Source: Paramecium tetraurelia (Eukaryota). Taken from it: DNA of 22,513 nucleotides. Positions 13,555 to 22,513 of this stretch are shown here, piece after piece. A model generated the notes under the pieces. It made no database searches. It saw only the letters and a list, made by a program, of their open reading frames with translations, and was not told the origin of the DNA. The position numbers and the translations under genes were made by a program. The DNA lies in NCBI GenBank assembly GCA_000165425.1, contig CT868675.1, positions 310,001 through 332,513 on the forward strand. Direction: 5' to 3'. The number at the start of each line of letters is the position of its first letter. The stretch's first letter is position 1.

Positions 13555-16500
13555 TCAACATTATTTTTATTGTAATTCTATTAGGCTTTCCAATATTAGA
13601 CTTCCTCTTTATTTTAACAATGTTTCCAAATCCATACCTAATTGATTTACAAATTTTCCTTTCCAGATTAAAGCCCCTTATGATTAAAATATTAACTATT
13701 GGGATATAAGTTGAAGAGTGATATTACTCGTGGCTAAATAAAATAATAATTAATACCATTTCTGTGGGGATTGTTATTAAATATATTTGTTTGAAATTAT
13801 CCCAAAATATCGTTATAACGATTATCAAAAGATTCCAAGTATTAACCAGTTTTAACGTCATAAAAATGGATTGACTTATCACCATTATCAGAACCTAATA
13901 TTTTTCCATCAGGTGAGAGGATTATTGATCGTCTATAATTAATATGAGCATCTTTGATGACCTTAAATTTACCTGACTTAACATCTCTTAAATATATAAA
14001 GTTATCTGCACTACCAGATGCTAAATAAGACCCATCAGGAGAGAAGCAAACTGCAAATACAGTCTTACTATGACCCTCTAATATGGCTGTTTATTGTAAT
14101 GTCTTAATATCCCATAAACGGGTTGACTGATCCACACTACTGGACGCTATTTAACGACCATCAGGTGAAAAGCACACTGATCGGATTCCACTAATATGAC
14201 CAAATAATTTGGCTTTTAACTATCCTGTCGTAGCATCCCATAATCGAATAGACTTATCATCGCTACCAGATGCTACCGTAATACCATCAGAAGAAAAGCA
14301 AACTGATCGTACAATAGAACTATGGCCATCTAATTTTTTTTTTAATTATCCTGTCTTAACATCCCATATACGAATAGAATTATCTACACTACCAGATGCT
14401 ATTTTAGTTCCATTAGGAGAAAAGCAAACAGAGAAAACATAATTAGTGTGACCATCAAATTAAGATATTTATTTTCCTTTCTTAAGATGCCATAAACGAA
14501 TAGACCTATCATCGCTGCCAGATGCTAAAATAATTCCATCAGGAGAAAAACACACTGACCTAACGAAATCGCGATGACCGTCTAATTAGGTTTTTTATTA
14601 TCCTGTCTTAACATTCCATACGCGAATAGACTTATCAGCACTACCAGATGCTAATAAAGTACCATCTGGAGAAAAACAAACTGAAAATACACAATCACTA
14701 TGACCCTAAAATTTGGCTATTTTTCGTCCTGTATTAGTATCCCATAAACGGATAGATTTATCCTCACTGCTAGACACCAGTGAAGAACCATCAGGAGAAA
14801 AAGATNNNNNNNNNNNNNNNNNNNNNNNNNNNNNNNNNNNNNNNNNNNNNNNNNNNNNNNNNNNNNNNNNNNNNNNNNNNNNNNNNNNNNNNNNNNNNNN
14901 NNNNNNNNNNNNNNNNNNNNNNNNNNNNNNNNNNNNNNNNNNNNNNNNNNNNNNNNNNNNNNNNNNNNNNNNNNNNNNNNNNNNNNNNNNNNNNNNNNNN
15001 NNNNNNNNNNNNNNNNNNNNNNNNNNNNNNNNNNNNNNNNNNNNNNNNNNNNNNNNNNNNNNNNNNNNNNNNNNNNNNNNNNNNNNNNNNNNNNNNNNNN
15101 NNNNNNNNNNNNNNNNNNNNNNNNNNNNNNNNNNNNNNNNNNNNNNNNNNNNNNNNNNNNNNNNNNNNNNNNNNNNNNNNNNNNNNNNNNNNNNNNNNNN
15201 NNNNNNNNNNNNNNNNNNNNNNNNNNNNNNNNNNNNNNNNNNNNNNNNNNNNNNNNNNNNNNNNNNNNNNNNNNNNNNNNNNNNNNNNNNNNNNNNATTG
15301 TCCTGTCTTAACATCCCATATACGAATAGACTTATCATCACTACCAGATGCTAATATAGTACCATCAGGTGAGAAGCTGACTGAATTTACACAGCCACTA
15401 TGACCATTCATTTTCACTTTTTATTGCCCTGTCTTAATATTCCATAAACAGATAGTTTTATCCGCACTGCCAGATGCTAATGTAGTGCCATCAGGTGAAA
15501 AGCAAACTGAATTTACTTAACCAGTATGGCAATCTAATTTAGCTTCTTATTGACAAATCTTAACATCCCATAAATGGATTGACTTATCTGCACTACCACT
15601 TGCTAATATAACATTATCAGGTGAGAAGCATACTGAATACACACTATCACTATGACCTCCTAATTTGACTTTTTATTGTCCTGTCTTATTATCCCATAAA
15701 TGAATTGAGTTATTTGCATTCCCAGATGCTAATGTTGTACCATCTTTTGAGAAACATAATGAATTTACACAACCGTTATGACCATCTAATTTAGCTTTCT
15801 ATAGTGTTGTCCTAACATCCCATAAACAAATAAAGTTATCTGAACTACCAGATGCTAATGTTGTACCATCAGGTGAAAAGCATACTGCATTTACTCCACC
15901 ATTATGGCCTATTAATTTAGTTTTTTATTGTTTTGTAAAAACATCCCATAATCTGATCGTCTGATCCTCACTGCCAGATGCTAATGTTGTTCCGTCAGTT
16001 GAAAAGCAGATTGAATTTACAGAACCATTATGACCTTTAAATTTTGCTCTTTATTGCCCTGTCCTAGTATTCCATAAGCAGATAGATTTATCTCCACTAC
16101 CAGATGCTAAAGTAGAACCATCAGGAGAGAAACATACTGAAATAACTGACTAACTATGTCCTTATAATTTCAATATTATTTTTCTTGTCCAAATACTCCA
16201 TAAACAAATAGTCTTATCGTAACTGCAAGATGCTAATGTATTACCATCAAGTGAGACGCATACTGATCGCACATTATCGCTATGACCATCTAATTTGGCT
16301 TTTTATTATCCTGTTTTAATATCCCATAAACGGATAGACTTATCTGCACTACTCGATGCTAATGTTGTACCATCAGAGGATATGCACACTGAATAAACAT
16401 TACTAATGTGACCTTCTAGTTTATATAATTCATGTATTTATATTCTATTCCATTTACAATTAAATAACTACGCTCCATTTAAATTCATTCCACTAATATC

Positions 16501-17067
16501 GACATTTTCGAATTGAGATCCACTCAAATTGCATCCTACAAAGTTAGCACCAGTTAAAGATGTATCCTTAATCTTGATATTTTCAAAAACTTTTCCCCTC
16601 AGATCAACCTTCATTTAAATCAACAAGTTAAGTGAATTAGAACCACATTAGATAAATCTATTATCTAAACTTGTAATGTGAACTAGAAATTATAAAAATT
16701 CAAAGATCTTCTTATCTTCTTAAATTTTTTCAATTAGTTCTAATCTAATTGTTCTGTACTTTTGTTATGAATAATTATTCTTATTAAAATCATGATTGAT
16801 AATTTTTTTCATAGTTTAAGTAATTTTCTAAACACTTCCCTTTTCTTTAAATTTATTTTCCTTAGCCAAAAGGGGTATATTTTCCTCTTGTATATAATAT
16901 TATTCGATTCGTCTTTAATTTTCAGTTATTGTAAGAAATTCTAAACAATCTTGAATTTTCTCTCTTTTGAATATTTTAAATATGACTTTCAAGATTGATT
17001 CATCAATATCTTTTAACTCAGCTAAAATCTCACTCAAACCTTCTTTCTACTGATATTTGCAATTCAT
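13555..17067 (-). CDS. Pentapeptide-repeat + WD40-repeat protein (~1150 aa, about 20-21 WD40 repeats), HNWD/NACHT-WD40-like but with no NTPase domain; two exons (17067-13757 and 13733-13555)
   Basis: Table 6 ORF starting ATG 17067 (an in-frame TGA lies upstream): [89 protein letters not shown], then repeats such as [42 protein letters not shown], then ..[41 protein letters not shown] and TGA at 13557-13555. I found no frameshift or in-frame TGA in the sequenced parts. Interrupted by the gap at 14806-15296. Confidence 0.92.
13734..13756 (-). other. Tiny intron (23 nt) in the WD40 gene
   Basis: Minus strand gtattaattattattttatttag; removal joins g|cc to give [27 protein letters not shown]. Confidence 0.88.
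13840..16415 (-). repeat. Coding tandem array of 126-nt WD40 units
   Basis: GH-dipeptide motifs (tgacc-like on the + strand) at 16409, 16283, 16157, 16031, 15905, 15779, 15653, 15527, 15401, [gap], 14701, 14575, 14449, 14323, 14197, 14071, 13945, all with an exact 126-nt period. Confidence 0.95.
14806..15296. other. Assembly gap (491 N) inside the WD40 array
   Basis: N run. Confidence 0.99.
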
Positions 17068-18830
17068 TTTCTTTTTTTAAAAATAACATTAAATTTCTAT
17101 TATTTATTACGTCTTTTCTAAGAATCAAAATTAATAACCGATAGTTCAAAATTTTTAAGGTTTGAAATTCTTTGAGTAAATTTAAATTGAGTGAGAAGCA
17201 ATATGTACAAGATGAATGAACAATAATAAATTTGAATATAATGTTCATTTATATATAACCAAAGTAATTTCCAAAATGAAAATTGTCTAATTTAAGATTC
17301 TTCAATCTAAATATTTCAAAACATATTAATTTCATGCAATTTTTTCAATGTTTAATGGTTTTGGGGCAACGAATCAAACACATTTTACCCTAATATTTTT
17401 GTTTTACTTTTAATAAGTGGTTATTAATTATTTTACACTTCATATTCTATAATCGTAGTTATTTTTTTCTAAAAAACTTAATCATTCTTAACATTCTAAC
17501 AATTTTAATAAATTTTCTTTTTATTAATACTGAACTCAAGTTTGACTAAATAATCTAAAATTTACATTAAACCCAACTACAATAAGACTATTTATATTTA
17601 TATAATCCTTAAGTTCAACAAATAAAAATGTTTATGGAAAGAAATCTGAACCAATGCTAGAACTTTAATCATCGGTATTATTACCTCGATAATGATCCTA
17701 GTCAAAACCCCTACCAAAATCAAACCAAAGTAGCTTTCGGATAGCATTTTTTCTTTTGCTTTTTCAAACAACTGCCCTATTCTTATATCTTAAAATTTGA
17801 TTCGGCATAATTAATATAAGTAATAAAACATAAGTAAAATTAATGAATGAGAAATGTTATCATTTATTAATTTTAACAATTTTATCATAATAATAGATCG
17901 TTGGATTACAAAATAATTTTTTTAAATTATTTCGATTATACTCTCCAATTAAGTTGGATTTAATCGAAAATCAATTCTTATATTCTAAACCTTTCTTTTA
18001 ATGAGCTTTTAAAATTGCTAATTTGCTTTGGGTGAATTCTATTCAAATTATGAGTAAAGTTACCATTTCTTCAAATTCCTTAATAAATCATAAAAATTTG
18101 ATGATTGAATTCTAACTCCAAGATAGAAGTACTAAAGAAAAAAGATTTAATGGATTATATGTTTAAATACAACATTTATAATGAGAAGTATCAGTTAATT
18201 GAAGCATTATTGAGAGATATATATCTATGAAAAAAAATGTGTTAAAAATCCTAGCTTTCTTAACCCATATAATCAGACATGATCCTTCCTTCAATCAACT
18301 CAGAGCAAGTCCCTCTCCCTCCAGAAATGGGTATTATTGTAATTAAAATACACAAATATTTGCTTTGAATATTTTTGTTCAACTTTGGTTGATCTGAACT
18401 TCTTTACTTATTATCGTCCTTATGTATTTTCTATCATTAATTAGCCTAATTTAAGTAATCAAGGTAAGATAACTTTTTTTGGATTGCTTATCAATAAGAT
18501 CAATAAGATTTTAATAATTATTCCAGAAGGATTTTTAAAAAAGATCCCTGTATCTGTCACTACTAAATATTAAATTTAATTTTGGCTTCTCTTAATTTCA
18601 AATATATTTTATAATTAAATTATTTTTATTCAATTTATAAATTGTTCTCATAACTAAAAATTGTGTTTTTTGTAACAGTGAAATGAATAGAGCCTTCCAT
18701 GAAGAATAAAGTAACTTAAATTTAAAAGCTAGCCTTATTAATGATTTAGCCTTTTGTGAATCTGATAAGAATTTATTCATTTATTTGATTGAAAATAAAT
18801 TATATCTTAAAATAAAAGTGAATAATGAGC

Positions 18831-18892
18831 TTGGGTTTGGGTTTGGGGTTTGGGTTTGGGTTTGGGGTTGGGGTTGGGGTTGGGGTTGGGGG
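18831..18892 (+). repeat. Paramecium-type telomeric repeats (mixed TTTGGG/TTGGGG), G-strand on +, about 10 units
   Basis: ttgggtttgggtttggggtttgggtttgggtttggggttggggttggggttggggttggggg directly before a gap. The T3G3/T2G4 mixture is the known Paramecium aurelia-type telomere. Confidence 0.95.
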
Positions 18893-18895
18893 TCA

Positions 18896-19413
18896 NNNNN
18901 NNNNNNNNNNNNNNNNNNNNNNNNNNNNNNNNNNNNNNNNNNNNNNNNNNNNNNNNNNNNNNNNNNNNNNNNNNNNNNNNNNNNNNNNNNNNNNNNNNNN
19001 NNNNNNNNNNNNNNNNNNNNNNNNNNNNNNNNNNNNNNNNNNNNNNNNNNNNNNNNNNNNNNNNNNNNNNNNNNNNNNNNNNNNNNNNNNNNNNNNNNNN
19101 NNNNNNNNNNNNNNNNNNNNNNNNNNNNNNNNNNNNNNNNNNNNNNNNNNNNNNNNNNNNNNNNNNNNNNNNNNNNNNNNNNNNNNNNNNNNNNNNNNNN
19201 NNNNNNNNNNNNNNNNNNNNNNNNNNNNNNNNNNNNNNNNNNNNNNNNNNNNNNNNNNNNNNNNNNNNNNNNNNNNNNNNNNNNNNNNNNNNNNNNNNNN
19301 NNNNNNNNNNNNNNNNNNNNNNNNNNNNNNNNNNNNNNNNNNNNNNNNNNNNNNNNNNNNNNNNNNNNNNNNNNNNNNNNNNNNNNNNNNNNNNNNNNNN
19401 NNNNNNNNNNNNN
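18896..19413. other. Assembly gap (518 N) after the telomere tract
   Basis: N run. Confidence 0.99.
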
Positions 19414-19673
19414 CTATAGTAGAGAATAAATGCAAACTATCTAGTAGCATTAAGGAATAAGTATAACTATTGATTGAAGAAAATAAGAGAAATCTACTCA
19501 CTAATTTTATAGTAGCAATTGAATAAACTAATAAATATTTGGAAAGGTTGGTGAGATGGAATAAAAATAAATTCAAAACACAAAGTCATCTTAGAGTTAT
19601 TTGAAAATATTGGGATGATATTAAGTGAGAACAAATATGAATAAGTTGGGAAGAATAACAAGCATCTGAAACA

Positions 19674-20027
19674 ATGAGAGAGGGTAGTAAGGATATTGTG
19701 GCAGTTATTGCTGAAATTATCAACTTTCATGGTTCGGAGATGAAAAATAATCTCTCTGAGTTCTTTCATAAATATAGAGGAGAAATAATTAACGAAGATT
19801 CAACAATCATGATCGAATCAATTAACGTAGAAGCTATCAAACCTTTAATAGATAAAGATGTTTGGATTCATGAGGGATCAGTTCAGAATTATTGGAGGGG
19901 TCACAGGGATTCTAATGAGCCGATGGACAATTATGGAAGCAATTCTTACCCATAACCTGGATATTATATAGGGAAAAATTAAGTGAATATTCCCGACTTT
20001 TCAATCCTTTTGGTTAAAGAAGAATGA
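19674..20027 (+). pseudogene. Hypothetical 117-aa ORF, probably a fragment of a decayed gene
   Basis: Table 6: MREGSKDIVAVIAEIINFHGSEMKNNLSEFFHKYRGEIINEDSTIMIESINVEAIKPLIDKDVWIHEGSVQNYWRGHRD..LLVKEE*. Locally G-richer and protein-like. Protein-like segments in other frames upstream (KVILELFENIGMILSENKYEQ) suggest frameshifts. No family recognised. Confidence 0.35.
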
Positions 20028-22513
20028 ATAATTGACAGATGATTCAGTCAAATATCATAGGCAAGTTTAGGTAAGTGAACAAAAACTTGTCTTATATCCT
20101 TAAAAATTCAATTTGAGGATTGGCGATTAATGTTTTGAATTTACATTACTTATTTATTCTGGAGTGTTTAAGTTGACAAATTCCTGCTTTTCTTCATTTA
20201 ATAAACACATTTAAGTTGTTTTACTATTCGAATGTTTAAAAAATCTCTATATTACTTTTTCTTTTATCCCACATATATAGAGCTCTTATAATTTTGTGTA
20301 TCTCAAATCATGATATTGAAAGTATAAGAGTAATTCCTCATAATCTATATTTTATCCTTTTATAATTTATTAATTAATGTTAATTACTTATGAAAAAATT
20401 ATGATTTATAGTTAAGTTGGTTCATTTGAATTTCTTTCTACAAATTGTTATGTTTAAGGTTTGACAATTTCATCGAGCATGAATCGCTAATATATTTTTA
20501 AGGAATGTCATAAATGTTACCATTTCCAAGCTTATTTAAGATAATTCTGATATTCTTGCAGCAAGTTCAAACAATATATATAATCTGAAAGCCAAAAAGT
20601 CACTTTTGTATTTGAAGAGATCATCAAGAAACTGATATTACACATAGCAAAACCTTAGATATTAAATTTAAATCCCAATAACTATGAGGTCTTTTTCAAC
20701 ACATTCGTTAATTAATCTTTATTACAATTTTATTGTCTCTCTAATTCATTTGATTGAGGTATTTGAAGAGATTTTTAAAGTCCAATCAATGCATTAACCT
20801 CCTTCTGGATTGAAAGAAAAACAATGTTAAACAAAAGTAAAACGTGGATATTGAATTACTTCTTTGTGGAAGAACAATTTTCATGATTTGATTTTTATTT
20901 GTAACCTTAATTTAAAAATGAATAATTAAACTTCAAATTCTGTTTAATATAAAACTAGATATAGATTTTTTCATTGTTAAAAATTTATGTAAATCAAGGT
21001 ACTTTTTTCTTGCTCAATAAAATTGTTTAATTCCACAAAAATAGTTTCTTAATCTTAATTATTGTAAACTCAGATAAATACAATAATCATTGTGTTCTCT
21101 GCTTCACCTTAAAGTGTACGTGTGAAATAAAATGATTTTTTTAATTCAGAACCGTTTACAATCAATTAATTGAAATTTGTTGTTTCAATAATTTAAAAGG
21201 AATAAAATTACTTAGAAAGTATTTATTGATCATTTGATCTATTATATAACTTCATAAAAAAATAATCCAAAAGAAATGTATGAGTGATATAACTCAACTG
21301 TTTATAAAAGATAAAATTGAATAAATTAATATGATAAATTTAAAAATCCCCCAAATTTGCTAAGATATTTTAGAGGTATTTTGCTTTTGCAGACTTTTTA
21401 ATCGAAAAAATTTATCATATAGAAAAAGACAAAAAACTTTGTGATTATTTTTAATATAAATTAAATGTGTTTAATATATCTTCTCATTATCTCCTAATTT
21501 TTTTTTTAAATAAAATAACATGATTGCTTAGATATTCAAAGTGGGAATTTTATCAAATAGTAGAAACTTCTCAAATCATTCAGCTAATACCATTTTATAA
21601 CAATCTTAAGGAAGATTAAAATGAAAAATTAGATATTCTTATCAATCTGAGAAGTTGAACTAAAAAAAAATGTGAATAAGAAGAACTAAATAAAGATATT
21701 CAAGAATTGTCAAACATACATATACAAGAAAAATAGCAATCTTGAAAAATTTATCTTACTATTATTTCATTATTATTCAAAATTCAAGTTTTGTATTAAA
21801 CACAAAAATAATAGAATGTTTAACTTTTCTAAATGCAATCTAATAAAAAACTTAATAATTAAGATATTAATCATAGGAATTTATGCACTCATCCAAAAAA
21901 TTAATGATAAGTTAAAGAAGATCTATAACTAAATCAAATTGAATACATTCTTTAAACAAATTTCCTGTTTAGAATGATAATATAAATTGAACATCATTTA
22001 TTGGGTAGATAATAATAATGAATATGTCAAACCATAATGAATAAGATATCTGAATTTACCTGTTCAGCCTAACCATAAGGAATGATAATTAGAATAAGGA
22101 AAATTTCTATTTTAAGTAATGCTGCTAATGTTGATTTTTAATGGTTGCTCCGAAAATAATTTTGTTCTTCATCCTTATGAAGAACTAGAAATATAAAAAT
22201 TTGAGTTGCATGATTTAGTTGTTTTGCTTTATATATCTAATCATTAAAGAATTTGCGTTTGAAAGTATATTTAACTTGAATCATTAAATGTTAAACAAGA
22301 AAAATCAATTAGCTAGTTGTAACTAAAAGAATAATTTGCTTTAATAATATGAAAATTGTTATTCGATTCAAATTATTTTATAAACTTCTATCCTGGTTTA
22401 AGATAATTTACCAATATTATTTATGTTGACTATCTTTCAGTTTATTTTACTCATGTTCATTTTTAATTTTTGAACTAAAGGTACATATAAAGATGAAATG
22501 TATTTTTGGGGCT

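Noticed and set aside
13555..13570. C-terminal Cys (QQKQC*) as a prenylation signal
   Set aside because: It does not match CaaX, CC or CxC.
14209..15403. Plus-strand ORFs 14209-14442, 14713-15354 and 14780-15403
   Set aside because: Antisense shadows of the minus-strand WD40 gene.
13840..16415. CRISPR-like or non-coding repeat array
   Set aside because: The period is 126 nt = 42 codons and the whole unit translates as WD40; there is no repeat-spacer structure.
17701..17730. gtcaaaacccctaccaaaatcaaaccaaag as a C-strand telomere relic
   Set aside because: Only one AAAACCCC-like unit with no tandem periodicity; compatible with chance.
18785..19460. ORF-track proteins with GLGLG / GFGFG / WGWGW repeats
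   Set aside because: They are translations of the telomeric repeat plus N gap, not genes.

Overview
AT-rich eukaryotic DNA from a ciliate, almost certainly a Paramecium macronuclear assembly scaffold. Three observations support this: reading frames only make sense with TAA/TAG = Gln and TGA = stop (translation table 6), introns are 22-26 nt GT..TAG, and there is a mixed T2G4/T3G3 telomeric tract. The supplied ORF track uses the standard code, so it is mostly misleading. Contents: (1) 1-~9262 (+), a 5'-partial, decayed pseudogene of a giant Cys-rich, multi-TM surface protein with frameshifts and in-frame TGAs; (2) ~9.3-13.5 kb, unassignable or degenerate DNA with a probable false assembly gap between overlapping contig ends; (3) 13555-17067 (-), an apparently intact gene with a pentapeptide-repeat region, about 20-21 WD40 repeats at an exact 126-nt period and a conserved C-terminal cap, resembling the sensor half of NACHT/NB-ARC-WD40 (HNWD-like) proteins but lacking the NTPase; (4) an internal telomere tract at 18831-18892 followed by a gap, suggesting an alternative chromosome-fragmentation site; (5) gene-poor DNA beyond it. 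I see no bacterial-type system. The best novelty candidate is the NTPase-less hypervariable WD40 receptor next to a variable chromosome end.
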